A stretch of 64,000 bases of DNA from Nannocystales bacterium (GTDB lineage: Bacteria > Myxococcota_A > Polyangia > Nannocystales > Nannocystaceae), in assembly GCA_050633305.1 (NCBI GenBank), contig JBOEGF010000013.1, forward strand, positions 224,001 through 288,000. Direction: 5' to 3'. The translations under genes and the position numbers were made by a program. A model generated the notes under the pieces. It ran no database searches. It saw only the letters and a list, made by a program, of their open reading frames with translations, and was not told the DNA's origin. Within the stretch, counting starts at the first letter, position 1, and every line of letters starts with the position of its first letter. Of this stretch, positions 51,114 to 61,860 are shown one piece after another.

Positions 51114-54100
51114 TCGGCTACCTCGCTCGGCACCCGACCGCCGCCAACCTCCTGATGATCACCCTGCTCCTGCTCGGTGTTCTAGGGCTCACCTCACTCA
51201 AACGAGAGACCTTTCCCGAGTTCACCCCCTCGGTGGTCACCATCACCGTCGCCTACCCCGGCGCGTCCGCCGAGGATGTCGACGAGGCCATCGTGGCGCG
51301 GGTCGAAGACGCGGTCGACGGCATCGAGTACCTCGACCGAATGACCTCCAAGGCCCGCCAAGGTGTGGGCGTGGTGACGCTGGAGATGGAAGACGGCGGA
51401 GCGCTGGACGCGTTCAAGTCCGACATCGACAGCGCTGTCGATGCGATCAACGACTTCCCCAACGAAGCCGAGGACCCCGTGGTCGCCGAGGTAACCGGCA
51501 TGAGCGCGGTCGCCTCGATCGCGGTCCGTGGCCCGATGAGCGTCCCCGACCTCGAGCGCTACTGCGAAGAACTCAAGGACGAACTCCAACGCTACGAAGA
51601 GGTCTCGCAGATCGAGATCGCCGGGTTCTCCACGCCGCAGCTTCAGGTACGGGTCAAGCAATCGGTTGCTTCGTCCTACGGACTGAGCGTCGGCGATCTC
51701 GCTGACCTCATCGCCGCGCAGAGCCTTGACCTCCCGGTCGGCTCGCTCGAGACGCGGGGCGGAGAGATCCTGGTGCGGTTCGCGGAACAGCGACGAAGCA
51801 TCGAGGAGTTCGCCCGACTTCCGGTGGTGGGCAGCGCACTCGGAGGCGAGGTGCCCCTGGGAGACCTCGCAGACATCGAGTACACGTTCGAGGACGCCGA
51901 GGAGCAGACCCTGTTCAACGGCAAGCGTGCCGGCCTTCTGCGGGTGAGCAAGACGTCCAGCCAGGACGCACTCGAGATCTTCTCCGCGATGGAGGAGTTC
52001 GTGGAGCTCAAGTCCGCGACGGCCCCACCGGGCGTCGAGCTTGTCATCACCGACGATGCCGCGACCCCCATCGAGCAGCGACTCGAGCTGCTGACGAACA
52101 ACGGCTTTCAGGGGTTGGTGCTCGTCTTCGTCACCCTGTGGCTGTTCTTCAACACCCGCCTGGCCCTGTGGGTGGCCGCCGGCCTGCCCGTGTCGTTCAT
52201 GGGCGGCCTGTGGATCATGTCGCTGATCGGCTACACGCTGAACATGATGACCATGATGGCCCTGCTGCTCGCACTGGGGCTGTTGATGGACGACGGCATC
52301 GTGTTGGCCGACAACATCGCGGCGCACCTGCGGCGCGGCAAGAGCTCCTATCGGGCCGCAATCGACGGCGTCACCGAGGTCTGGCCGGGCATCGTGTCGT
52401 CATTCCTGACGACGGTCTGCGTCTTCACGCCGCTGTCCATGCTCGATGGGCAGATCGGCCGGGTCCTTCTTGTGATTCCCGTCGTACTCATCGCCGTCCT
52501 CAGCATCAGCCTGATCGAGGCCTTCGGCATCCTGCCCAACCACATCGCGCACTCGTTGCATGGCCGCGACATCGACAAACGCTCTCGCGCGCGAGCGTGG
52601 TTCGACAGTGGCTTCGAGCGCTTCCGGGAACAAATCGTGGGCCGTGCGTCGGACTGGGCGATCCACCACCGCTACATCACCGTCGGATCTGCGATCGCGT
52701 TCTTCGTCATCTCGATCGGGCTCATGGCGGGCGGCATCCTCAAGTTCGAAGGGTTCCCCGATACCGATGGTGACACCGCCGAGTTCCGGCTCCGGATGCC
52801 CGCCGGAACCCCTCTGGAGGTCACCCAGGCTGAAGTGGCGCGGGTCGTCTCGGGGCTCCAGCAGATCGACGCCGAGTTGACGCCGCAGCAACCCGAGGCC
52901 GCACCGCTCATCGAGAACATCGTCGTTCGGATGAACTACAACCCCGACTCGCCGGACTCGGGGCCACACATCGCGACGGTCAAGGCGGATCTTCTCAGTG
53001 TCGAGGTCCGCAGCACCACCCTCGACCAGCTCAAGACCGCCTGGCGCGAAACCGTGGGGCCGCTGTCCGACGCCACGTCCGCCAGCTTTGCCAGCGCCGC
53101 GATGGGCCCGGGCGGAGCCGCGATCGAGTTGCGGGTTCAGGGCAGCGACCTCGACCGCATGTCGGAAGCCGCGGTGGAGATCGAACGCTGGCTCGGCGGG
53201 TTCGAAGGCGTGTTCGACCTCGGAACCGACCTTCAACCCGGGACCCCGCAGGTGCGGGTGCGCCTGCGCTCGGGTGCCTTGGGCAGCTCCGCGCAGTCCG
53301 TACAAGTCGCGCAGCAGCTCCGCTCCGCGTTCTCCGGCGACCGAGCCCAAGACGTCCGCATCGGCGCGCAGGACTACGAGGTCACGGTTCAGCTGGCAGA
53401 TTCGGGTCGCGACACGCTCTCGGACCTCGAGTATTTCGAGCTCCAGCTGGGGGGCGAGCGCGTCCCCCTGGGCACCGTCGCCGACGTCTCCGCGGACAAC
53501 ACATTTGCCGCGATCGCCCGCGTCAACGGCACGCGCACCGTCACGCTGACCGGTGACATCGATGCAGAGGTCGCGAACTCGGCCGAACTCATGCAGCGCT
53601 TCAACAACGAGCTGTTGCCTGAACTCGCACAGAAGTACCCCGGGCTCCGGTTCGAGGTCGGAGGCAGCACCGAGGAGTCTGGGAAGACCGCCCAATCCAT
53701 GCTCACCGCGTTCGGCATCGGGCTGTTTGGGGTCTTCTTTCTGTTGAGTTTCCAGTTCCGATCCTACGTCGAACCACTGGTCGTCATGCTCGCCATCCCG
53801 CTCGCACTGACCGGCGTCATGTGGGGCAACCTGTTCATGGGAGACCCGCTCACCCTGCCGGGCATCCTCGGGTTCATCTCCCTGGCCGGCGTCGTGGTCA
53901 ACGACTCCATCTTGCTGATGGTCTTCATCAAGGCCGGGCTTCGCGAGGGGCTCGATCCCACGGCCGCGGCACAAGGAGCCTCTCGGAGCCGCTTTCGGGC
54001 GATCCTGCTGACCTCGGCCACCACGGTCGCAGGACTGGTGCCCCTGATGTTCGAGCGAAGCCAGCAGGCGCAAACACTCATCCCGGTGGCCACCAGCATC

Positions 54101-54232
54101 GTGTTCGGGATGCTCGCTTCGACCGTGCTTCTGCTGCTCGTCTTGCCCGCGATGTACGCAATGCTGGGAGACTTCGGTCTCACCGCCAAGCCTGGCGCAA
54201 CCGTAGGCGGCGCCGACGATGAGGAGTCTTGA
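51110..54232 (+). CDS. RND efflux permease (AcrB/AcrD/AcrF family)
   Basis: YPGASAEDV, GLLMDDGIV, GVVVNDSI, RFRAILLTS.TT..GL.PL. Confidence 0.97.
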   Translation: MIGYLARHPTAANLLMITLLLLGVLGLTSLKRETFPEFTPSVVTITVAYPGASAEDVDEAIVARVEDAVDGIEYLDRMTSKARQGVGVVTLEMEDGGALDAFKSDIDSAVDAINDFPNEAEDPVVAEVTGMSAVASIAVRGPMSVPDLERYCEELKDELQRYEEVSQIEIAGFSTPQLQVRVKQSVASSYGLSVGDLADLIAAQSLDLPVGSLETRGGEILVRFAEQRRSIEEFARLPVVGSALGGEVPLGDLADIEYTFEDAEEQTLFNGKRAGLLRVSKTSSQDALEIFSAMEEFVELKSATAPPGVELVITDDAATPIEQRLELLTNNGFQGLVLVFVTLWLFFNTRLALWVAAGLPVSFMGGLWIMSLIGYTLNMMTMMALLLALGLLMDDGIVLADNIAAHLRRGKSSYRAAIDGVTEVWPGIVSSFLTTVCVFTPLSMLDGQIGRVLLVIPVVLIAVLSISLIEAFGILPNHIAHSLHGRDIDKRSRARAWFDSGFERFREQIVGRASDWAIHHRYITVGSAIAFFVISIGLMAGGILKFEGFPDTDGDTAEFRLRMPAGTPLEVTQAEVARVVSGLQQIDAELTPQQPEAAPLIENIVVRMNYNPDSPDSGPHIATVKADLLSVEVRSTTLDQLKTAWRETVGPLSDATSASFASAAMGPGGAAIELRVQGSDLDRMSEAAVEIERWLGGFEGVFDLGTDLQPGTPQVRVRLRSGALGSSAQSVQVAQQLRSAFSGDRAQDVRIGAQDYEVTVQLADSGRDTLSDLEYFELQLGGERVPLGTVADVSADNTFAAIARVNGTRTVTLTGDIDAEVANSAELMQRFNNELLPELAQKYPGLRFEVGGSTEESGKTAQSMLTAFGIGLFGVFFLLSFQFRSYVEPLVVMLAIPLALTGVMWGNLFMGDPLTLPGILGFISLAGVVVNDSILLMVFIKAGLREGLDPTAAAQGASRSRFRAILLTSATTVAGLVPLMFERSQQAQTLIPVATSIVFGMLASTVLLLLVLPAMYAMLGDFGLTAKPGATVGGADDEES

Positions 54233-55530
54233 TGAGAAGATGGGCGCGCCCCACGAGGCTCGGCCTAGCGCTGTTGCTCAGCCTCGGGGCGTGCGGGACC
54301 ACTGAGGGCCGAGAGCCGCCCCCGAGCGCGGCAAAACCAGATCCCGCGCCCACTCTCGAAGGCACGTGGCGAGCCACCCTGACCTCTCCAGGCGGCGAGC
54401 TCCCATTCGAGCTCCACGTTCATGACCGGGAGGGAACGCTGCAGGCTACGGCGCACAACGGCACCGAGACCGTAGAGTTCACATCCGTGTCTCTGGGCGG
54501 CGACACGGCCGTCCTTCGCATCGACGGATACGATTCCGAAGTCCGTGCCACGCTCAAGGATGATGGGCAGAGCCTCTGGGGCGTGTGGACAAAGACCACG
54601 CCCGATGGTCCGTCTTCGATGCCATTCGCAGCCACCCGCGGGGCGCAACCTCGCTTCTCCAGCGAAACTCCCGCACCGAGCTACGACGTCCCAAAATCGG
54701 TCGACGGCGAGTGGTCCGTCCGCTTCCGCGAAGAGGACGACAGCACCTTCGTAGGCCATGCGATCCTCACGTCGAGCGACGGAGCACTACATGGGACCAT
54801 CCTGACCGATACGGGTGACTACCGGTACCTCGAGGGACGCTACGCAAACGGTACCGTGGAGCTCTCGTGCTTTGACGGGGGGCATGCGTTCTTGTTTCGA
54901 GCGACGGTTGCCGAGGATGGATCGCTCGAAGGCAACTTCTGGTCCCGCGCGAGCTACCACGCGACGTGGACCGCAACACCGATGAGTCCGGGTCAGGCCA
55001 GCCCGCTCGCGGACCCCTTCACCGCGGTCACCCTGTCGTCTCGAGAGACCGAGGGCCGATTCCGCTTCGCGTTCCCGGACAGCTCAGGCGCCACCGTGAC
55101 CGACGAGGACCCTCGTTTTCGCGACAAGGTGGTCCTCATCGACATCTTCGGAACCTGGTGCCCCAACTGCAACGATTACGCGCCGGTCCTCGCCCGCTGG
55201 CATGACACCTATGGCCCCCGTGGACTCGAGATCGTCGGCCTCGCCTTCGAGTTCACCGGGGACGTCAAGCGCGACCGAGCCCAGCTTGCGACCTACGCCC
55301 AAACCCACGGCATCACCTTCCCCCTACTGCTCGCCGGTACCAGCGACAAAGGAGACGCAGCCGAGCTGCTGCCCTCGATCGACGAAGTGAAATCGTATCC
55401 GACCACCATCCTGGTCGGACGGGACGGCCGCGTGCACAAGATCCACAGCGGCTTCGCCGGACCGGCGACAGGGAAACACCACGAGCGACTCCTCAACACA
55501 CTCCAGACGGAGATCGAGTCCCTGCTGTAG
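54229..55530 (+). CDS. TlpA/redoxin-family lipoprotein
   Basis: LGAC lipobox; GTWCPNC, YPTT..VGRDG.V..IHSGF.GP. Confidence 0.92.
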   Translation: MMRRWARPTRLGLALLLSLGACGTTEGREPPPSAAKPDPAPTLEGTWRATLTSPGGELPFELHVHDREGTLQATAHNGTETVEFTSVSLGGDTAVLRIDGYDSEVRATLKDDGQSLWGVWTKTTPDGPSSMPFAATRGAQPRFSSETPAPSYDVPKSVDGEWSVRFREEDDSTFVGHAILTSSDGALHGTILTDTGDYRYLEGRYANGTVELSCFDGGHAFLFRATVAEDGSLEGNFWSRASYHATWTATPMSPGQASPLADPFTAVTLSSRETEGRFRFAFPDSSGATVTDEDPRFRDKVVLIDIFGTWCPNCNDYAPVLARWHDTYGPRGLEIVGLAFEFTGDVKRDRAQLATYAQTHGITFPLLLAGTSDKGDAAELLPSIDEVKSYPTTILVGRDGRVHKIHSGFAGPATGKHHERLLNTLQTEIESLL

Positions 55531-55787
55531 CCGGACACCGCGGCGCAAGGACAACGCCAGGGACCGAGACTCACCCCCCACTGCCACGTTGGTAACCACG
55601 AGCAATAAGCGCGCAAAGAATCATCCGCGGAGCCCCAACACGGTTTCAGCCCCCAACTGCAACAGAACCAAGTTCTCCCCCGGTCTGGCGGCTGTCGCCC
55701 CGATTCTGCTGCGCTGAGTTTCGATGGCAGCCCGAACCTCGGGCAGCGCCTCAGTTGCCCCCGCGCCGCTCGGCCGGCTACGTTTCA

Positions 55788-56216
55788 CGACACCCGATGT
55801 CATCAACGGTGAAACTCGCCGGCGTCGATGCCGAACGACTCGAGCTCCACTTGTGCACGCTCGAGCTCGCGGCCCCAACGCCCAACGTTCTTGCTTCTCG
55901 GGTCGTTGGAATGGGTTCGGTGGAGATGGTTGAGAACGTCATCGCGTTTGGGGACTCACTGATCGCGAAGTCTGGATCGATCCAGATCTTTCACGACTTC
56001 TCAGAGGTGTCGGGCTACCGAGCCGAAGCGCGGCGGGTCCTTGTCGACTGGGGCGTGCGAAACCCCGACGCGATCGAGTGCACCCACGTGCTGTTCCGCT
56101 CCAAGATCGTGGCGATGGGCGTGTCGATGGCAACACGGCTGTTGGGCGAACAACTGACGGGCTACTCCAAGTACCCGGAGTTCGACGCGGCGCGTGCCGC
56201 CGCCGCCCGTCGCTGA
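55788..56216 (+). CDS. STAS/SEC14-like hypothetical protein (start uncertain)
   Basis: FHDFSEVSGY..EAR..LVDW, HVLFRSKIVAMGV. Confidence 0.6.
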   Translation, partial: RHPMSSTVKLAGVDAERLELHLCTLELAAPTPNVLASRVVGMGSVEMVENVIAFGDSLIAKSGSIQIFHDFSEVSGYRAEARRVLVDWGVRNPDAIECTHVLFRSKIVAMGVSMATRLLGEQLTGYSKYPEFDAARAAAARR

Positions 56217-56276
56217 ACCGACCGTACGGAGGCCATCCGACCGCGCTCGGCCCCCCAAAATGACGGCCCGCGCCTC

Positions 56277-57350
56277 GTGTTAGCTTGCGCCGACGTGCGC
56301 GAAGCTGCCGCAATCCTTCTGCTCGTGAGCGCCGCTTGCGGGTCTTCTCCGTCGCAGACGGCCGACTCGACCAGCACCGGGGACGACCCGTCCACGGGCA
56401 CGGCGCTGGACGTCACATCCTCGACGATGTCCCTGCCTCATTCGTCGACCTCGAACTCGACGAGTGAGGATGGCTCGAGTGGATCGTCCGGCATCGGGCA
56501 GCCCGATCTACCGGACCCTGATCCGGATCCTCCGCAGGCGTCCGAGTACTGCGAGTCCATCGTCGACAGCTTCTGCGACTTCTACGCTCGATGCGGGCGG
56601 ATGGACGTGGCGTCGGCAGAGCTTTGCCACGAGCCCTTCTTGGAGTCGTGCAACACCGTCTTCGAACCGCAGTATGTGGGGCTCGAGGCTGCGGGCTTGC
56701 TGACGTTGAGCGCCGAAGGACTGCTGGCATGCGAAGAGCACCTGGCGGACGTCGCCTGCGAGGAACAGATCTTCGAGCTCACGGGGCCCTGCAGCAACCT
56801 GTGGTCTGGCACCCAAACCGCAGGCGAGGGCTGCGGGCTCGATGTCGAGTACTACGTCTGCGATCCCTCGGCAGCGTGCACGATCGGCTTGGACTTCTGC
56901 GGCACGTGCGAAACGTTGCTCGAGCCGGGCGACGATTGCACCCCCGACGGAACGACCTGTGGCCCCGATGCGTTCTGCGATGTAGACGCGTGCCGGGCTC
57001 GCGTCCCCAACGGTGGTCGCTGCACCCCCGACGACCGCTGCTTGGCAGGGTCAGCCTGTACTGACGGAACTTGCCAAGGACCGACATTCGTCGGCCTCGG
57101 TGACACCTGCGACATCACGCGGCGCTGCCCGTACCTCACCGCGTGTGTCGCTGGCGTGTGCACGTCGACGCCCCGGCTGGGAGACGCCTGCTCGCCGGAC
57201 ATCCCCTGTGAGGTCGGGTTCTGCGACGGCGATTCGTGCCAGGCTCCGCGCGACAACGGCGAAATGTGTGGTGGAAACCCAGAGTGCAGCTCGGGCATGT
57301 GTGTCGAAAACGTGTGCGAACCACGACCCTCGGGCTGCATTGCAAACTGA
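56277..57350 (+). CDS. Cys-rich repeat lipoprotein
   Basis: SAAC lipobox; many G..C....C.....C..G.C repeats. Confidence 0.85.
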   Translation: MLACADVREAAAILLLVSAACGSSPSQTADSTSTGDDPSTGTALDVTSSTMSLPHSSTSNSTSEDGSSGSSGIGQPDLPDPDPDPPQASEYCESIVDSFCDFYARCGRMDVASAELCHEPFLESCNTVFEPQYVGLEAAGLLTLSAEGLLACEEHLADVACEEQIFELTGPCSNLWSGTQTAGEGCGLDVEYYVCDPSAACTIGLDFCGTCETLLEPGDDCTPDGTTCGPDAFCDVDACRARVPNGGRCTPDDRCLAGSACTDGTCQGPTFVGLGDTCDITRRCPYLTACVAGVCTSTPRLGDACSPDIPCEVGFCDGDSCQAPRDNGEMCGGNPECSSGMCVENVCEPRPSGCIAN

Positions 57351-57478
57351 GCCCACGCCCGGCACGTCTGTATGCTGCACGCGATGCGCAGGCGTAGGGT
57401 CGTCGGACCTCGATGAGAGCCCGCTGAAGGAGCTCCGCTAGAACCGTGGTCGAAGAAGCAAGAACCGCTGGCCAACCC

Positions 57479-58072
57479 ATGCGAGTCGCGATCGTCACCC
57501 TGGAAGCGTTCAACGAGCTGGACAGCTTCGTCGCCTCCGCGCTCCTGAATCGAGCGCCGGAGGTCCGGGCGTCGATCTGCTGCCCGAGCGACACGGTGAC
57601 CTCGATGAACGGCGTGAGCATCACTGCCCAAGCACCGCTCGAGTCGGCGGCAGAGGCAGACGCAGTCCTGATCGGGAGCGGACGGAGGACCCTAGACTAC
57701 CTGGAGGACCGCTCGTTCCTGGCGCGGTTGCGGCTCGACCCCACCCGCCAGCTGATCGGTGCGCAGTGCTCAGGCGTGCTGCTGCTTCACCGCCTCGGCC
57801 TCCTCGGAGACACCGCAGCTTCCGACTCCGTGACCACTCCCCGGCTTCAGGAGCGCGGAGTTCACGTCATCCAAGCCCCCCTCCACGTCGAGGGAAACGT
57901 CGCCACCGCGGGAGGATGCCTCGCCTCGCAATACCTCGCCAGCTGGATGCTCGCCCGTATGTGCGGGTGGCCCGAAGCCGCACGCGTGGTCCACGAGGTC
58001 GCTCCGGTCGGCCAAAAGGACGACTACGTCCGGCGCACGGCGGAGGTCGTTACCCCGGCCCTGAGGGCCTGA
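57479..58072 (+). CDS. DJ-1/PfpI family protein
   Basis: FNELDS, ADAVLIGSG, IGAQCSG, GNVATAGGCLASQYL. Confidence 0.93.
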   Translation: MRVAIVTLEAFNELDSFVASALLNRAPEVRASICCPSDTVTSMNGVSITAQAPLESAAEADAVLIGSGRRTLDYLEDRSFLARLRLDPTRQLIGAQCSGVLLLHRLGLLGDTAASDSVTTPRLQERGVHVIQAPLHVEGNVATAGGCLASQYLASWMLARMCGWPEAARVVHEVAPVGQKDDYVRRTAEVVTPALRA

Positions 58073-58216
58073 GGGCGCACGAAGGGGGCCACAGCAGCAA
58101 CTCTCCCACGTTCCAAGCCGCGACCACGTGGCTCTTCGTTGCCGCGGCGGTGGGACTGCTCATCGCGCTTGTCTTGTCGGCCCTCAGTTAGACACACAAC
58201 ACGCGATGCTCGAGCA

Positions 58217-60301
58217 TCAATCGGAACGCTTCCCGCGGGGCGTACGAGAGCCGCCCGCCTCTGCCCCGCGGTACTGCTGATACCAAGGCATGTTGCGAAT
58301 TTCCGCCAAGTAGGCCTGGTACTGGGTTTCGTAGGCTTCTTTGCCGCGCGTGTCGTTGAACAACAGCCGGGTGCCTCGGTAAGCCCGTGCGATGTCGACG
58401 ACCGCGATCACCAACAGCTGAGGGATCCCCGAACGCAACCCGAGCCACGCTCCGCTCGTCATCCACGACTCGTCGCCAAGAGCCAAGACCACCGCGTTGA
58501 GTACGACACAGGCCGCTGTCGAGAACGCGATGTGCTGGTAAACGCTCGTCATCTCACCGAAGGAGAGCGTGTCATAGAGCAGCGCGTTGACCAGCTTGCG
58601 AACGACCGGGATCACCAGGACCAGCGCCAATCCCACGAGCGATAGCCAGCCCAGGGCGAGGCCGAGCAACAAGAAGTTGACGGCGAACAAGGGGACCCAT
58701 GCCATCTTGGCGATCAGGCCGGGCGCGAACATGTTGGTCCAGCGCCGGCAGTACTCCAGATACTTGTCGTTCTCGTCGTTGAGTTCGGGATACCGCGCGG
58801 GAATTCCCGGTCCCGTGAGGTATGCCGAGAACTCCCCGGCCAAGAGCGAAGACCACATCGTGCGGGGCTTGCCCAACGCGTGACTGATCTCCTCGTTGGT
58901 CATTCCCGTGAACTGGGTGTGCTCGAGCCCCTCGTACTCCTGCCCGGACTCCAAGTAGTTGTACTTCCACGACGCCATCCGGGCGTCGAACTCGCGAACG
59001 AACTTCGTGTGAAACGAGCCGTCATCGATGAGGCGATGGATGAACTCGCACTGGATCTCCGACGTGCCCGCAAACGCCCCGGTGGTAGGCCGCTCGACGC
59101 CTACGAAGTAGACGTTGGGTCGCTTCGCGTTCCACAGCCCGTAGAGGCAGTCGGTGTAGTTGTATGTCCAGGCCTCTCCGTTGGAGCCCAGGATCTCGAC
59201 CGGCGCCGGACGTGCAATGCCAGCCTTGATCCGTCGGTCGACCTTGACCGGCTCGCCGTCGATCTCGCACACATCGTCTCGAACCCAGTCCACCCGCTTG
59301 GGGTGCACCACCCTCAAGTCTCCCCGCTTCATGAAGAAGTACGGGTCGTTGAGGAGCATGCGGTGCGAGAGCATCTGCTCCCGATACTCGCCGTCGAAGT
59401 GTGCGAAGAACGAGTCGATGGACCAGTATTTGACGGGTAGCCCGAAGCCCGCGTTGACCCCGGTCCGAAGCAAGTAGCTACGCCACGCCGAAGGGAGGTC
59501 CTTTCGGTAGAAGTCCTCCGGAGTCATGAGTTCATCCAGACCGGACTTCTTGCGGAACAGCCGAGAGAGCCAAGTGTCACCGTAGGGCGAGACGGCGGTA
59601 CACAGAGCGCTGCGGTACGAACGCTCGTGGTTGTACTTGGCCAGGTACTGGTACGGCTCGAACATGTCCAAAGGCGCCCACGCCTTGGATTGCCCCTCCA
59701 TGTAGAACACCTTGTCGAGGTTCTGGAAGTGCTCGGTGCAGAAGATGACCTTGTTGCCACCGAGCATCAGTCGCGACATGTACATGTTGCTGGTGTCGCC
59801 GTAGCCGTCGATGACCACCGTCTTGTTCTGGAGGTGGAGCGTCTCCTGCAGCGTTTCACAGATGCCGGGGCCATCCACGGTCTGCGCCGCCGTGACCACC
59901 AGATGACGGCAGCGCACAGAACCCGAGGTTTCCCCCTCCAAACCCACGTCGAACGACCCGTCCGCCCGCTCTTGGTACTTGACCGCCCGCGACCGCACCG
60001 TCCGAGCGCGGATCTCGGAGCAGACATCGGCCTGCAGCCGCTTGTAGTAGTCGGTCGCCGTGAAGAAGTGAAAATCGAGGTCGAAGTCCCACCAGGAAAA
60101 GCCCGCAACCGCGTTGGAAGACAGGAGGTCAAAGTCGTCTTCGTGTTCCGCCAAACGACTCCACACCCCGAAGTCACGCTCCGAGATCACGACGAACGAC
60201 TTCTTCGAGCGCACGAGCAGCCGCAGCAGCGCCAGCGAGGACACGCCCAAGCCCACGACGCAGACGTCGACGGTTTTTCCCGTCCAGTCGTGGTCGTTCA
60301 C
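58217..60301 (-). CDS. AetF-like single-component flavin-dependent halogenase with an internal multi-TM insertion
   Basis: Collinear motifs versus recalled AetF: VCVVGLGVSS/VCIIGFGFSA; VWSRL..FDLLSS/VWDRL..FSLVSS; NKTVVIDGYGDTSN/NKTFVFDTMGDSAN; VKYWSID/IKYWPID; LLND; NVYFVGVERPTTG..SEIQ..FIH/NIYFLGYTRPFTG..TEMQ..FIH; FNDTRGKEAY/FNDMRHKEGY; GTGA overlap with the upstream stop. Confidence 0.85.
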   Translation of the reverse strand: MNDHDWTGKTVDVCVVGLGVSSLALLRLLVRSKKSFVVISERDFGVWSRLAEHEDDFDLLSSNAVAGFSWWDFDLDFHFFTATDYYKRLQADVCSEIRARTVRSRAVKYQERADGSFDVGLEGETSGSVRCRHLVVTAAQTVDGPGICETLQETLHLQNKTVVIDGYGDTSNMYMSRLMLGGNKVIFCTEHFQNLDKVFYMEGQSKAWAPLDMFEPYQYLAKYNHERSYRSALCTAVSPYGDTWLSRLFRKKSGLDELMTPEDFYRKDLPSAWRSYLLRTGVNAGFGLPVKYWSIDSFFAHFDGEYREQMLSHRMLLNDPYFFMKRGDLRVVHPKRVDWVRDDVCEIDGEPVKVDRRIKAGIARPAPVEILGSNGEAWTYNYTDCLYGLWNAKRPNVYFVGVERPTTGAFAGTSEIQCEFIHRLIDDGSFHTKFVREFDARMASWKYNYLESGQEYEGLEHTQFTGMTNEEISHALGKPRTMWSSLLAGEFSAYLTGPGIPARYPELNDENDKYLEYCRRWTNMFAPGLIAKMAWVPLFAVNFLLLGLALGWLSLVGLALVLVIPVVRKLVNALLYDTLSFGEMTSVYQHIAFSTAACVVLNAVVLALGDESWMTSGAWLGLRSGIPQLLVIAVVDIARAYRGTRLLFNDTRGKEAYETQYQAYLAEIRNMPWYQQYRGAEAGGSRTPRGKRSD

Positions 60302-61860
60302 TGTGCCGCCCCCTCCTGGGGCTGGGTAGGCTTCGCCCGCATCCACTCCGCCAACCGACGAACGTAGTCGGTATTGCCACGCCAGTCGTTGTCGAGATCG
60401 TCAGGCAGGAAGAAGCGGTCGACGAGTTCCCCGGACTTGTAGTGTCGGATGATCGGGTGGATGTAGAAGTCCTCAGCCACCCCCACGCCGCGAGGCATCG
60501 CGAACGGGTCCATGTACTCGTCGGACTTCCCGTACTCCAACGTCAGCATGTACAGCTCGGATTCCTCGGACAGCAGCCTTTCGGTGACGTAGTCCACTGG
60601 AACATCACGCAGCAGCTGGAACGCCCCGGGGATGTCTTCGGCTGCTGGTACCACGACATCGGCGAGGAAGCCCGGCTGCAACATCAAGGCGGCCGATGTA
60701 CTCATCCGCTCGATGAGCGCGGAGGCCAGCCCCTCTTCGAGGGCGGACGGCAGGCGCTCGCGCTCGACCCAGGGCCCCTTTCCGTCGCGGCGGCTCACAA
60801 TGGAGACCAGGGACTCGATGTTGTGTCGGAACCCGTGGATGAACGCGGACATCGTCTTCCGATAGTCGCGGGACTGCATCAGCGTCCCGATGAAGAACAT
60901 GTTGGGGACGTTCACCGACTCCCAGTCGCAGGTCATCAGCGGCAGCCGCCCGCACTCTCGGCGCAGTGGTGCGCACGACACATCGAAGATGCCCAGGTCG
61001 GAACAGAAGCCCGTGCACAGCAACACCCGGTCGCAGGGGTACGAGAGCAGCTGCTTCCGAGACTCGAACCAGACGTCGACGACCAACTCCCCATCGACCT
61101 TGCGGACCGCCCGAAGTTCACCGTCGAGGATGTTGTTCTGCGCCTTGAGCTGGTAGGTGTCCAAGAAGTTGTTGTTGACCGCCCGCAGGTGCCCCACGAA
61201 GTGGCTTGCCCAGGCGAGTTTCACGGTGCTGCGCCCGCACACCCAGATCTTGCGCGTGGTCTCGATCAGGGCATCCGCGGTTTCGAACGCGGAGTTCCCC
61301 TTGCCCGCGATGAACACCCGTTGGTCGACGAAGTCGTTGGGGTCGACGGAGAACTCGTCGTAGTTCTCGCAGAGTTCCGCCCCCTCGATGTCGGGTCGAT
61401 GGGCGTTGGGAATGCCCGTTGCGACGAACAGCCGCTCGCACGTGAATACGCGGCCATCCTCCAGAACGACCGAGAACTCGCCTTGCGCCTTGGCGACCTT
61501 GGTGACGGCGCAACCGTAGGAGATCACCAGCTTGTAATGTGCTGCGAACGCCTCGAGGTAGGCCACCAAGGACGAAGCCGTGGGGAAGTAGTCCTTGGAG
61601 AACTCCCGGAACTGCAGTGCTTCGTCGTCGCAGACCAGAGCGTTCCAGTCGTAGCGGCGCCGTGACTCGAGGTCCGGGTACCCGGTGTGGACTTTGTTGA
61701 TCGACAGCAGCCGGTCGTGCCGTGGGTAGCTGTGGAAGAAGGTCCCCGCACTCTCACCGCGCTCCAGCACGAGGTATTCCTCGCCAGACTTGGCGAGCAG
61801 GTGGGCGAGCTGCAGCCCCGCAGGACCGGCGCCGATGATCAGATTGCGAACGTGTGTCAT
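60298..61860 (-). CDS. FOXRED2-like FAD/NAD(P)H oxidoreductase, paralog B
   Basis: IIGAGPAGLQL, YPRH..LLSINK, DWN, GKGNSAFETA, GHLRAVNN.FLDTYQLK, SAFIHGFR. Confidence 0.9.
   Translation of the reverse strand: MTHVRNLIIGAGPAGLQLAHLLAKSGEEYLVLERGESAGTFFHSYPRHDRLLSINKVHTGYPDLESRRRYDWNALVCDDEALQFREFSKDYFPTASSLVAYLEAFAAHYKLVISYGCAVTKVAKAQGEFSVVLEDGRVFTCERLFVATGIPNAHRPDIEGAELCENYDEFSVDPNDFVDQRVFIAGKGNSAFETADALIETTRKIWVCGRSTVKLAWASHFVGHLRAVNNNFLDTYQLKAQNNILDGELRAVRKVDGELVVDVWFESRKQLLSYPCDRVLLCTGFCSDLGIFDVSCAPLRRECGRLPLMTCDWESVNVPNMFFIGTLMQSRDYRKTMSAFIHGFRHNIESLVSIVSRRDGKGPWVERERLPSALEEGLASALIERMSTSAALMLQPGFLADVVVPAAEDIPGAFQLLRDVPVDYVTERLLSEESELYMLTLEYGKSDEYMDPFAMPRGVGVAEDFYIHPIIRHYKSGELVDRFFLPDDLDNDWRGNTDYVRRLAEWMRAKPTQPQEGAAQ

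Noticed and set aside
49668..55530. RND pump and TlpA as export or resistance genes for the halogenase operon
   Set aside because: Opposite strand, separated by unrelated genes; nothing in the sequence links them
58073..58191. Short hydrophobic reading frame TTWLFVAAAVGLLIALVLSALS after the DJ-1 gene
   Set aside because: No start codon or RBS; at most a gene-tail remnant
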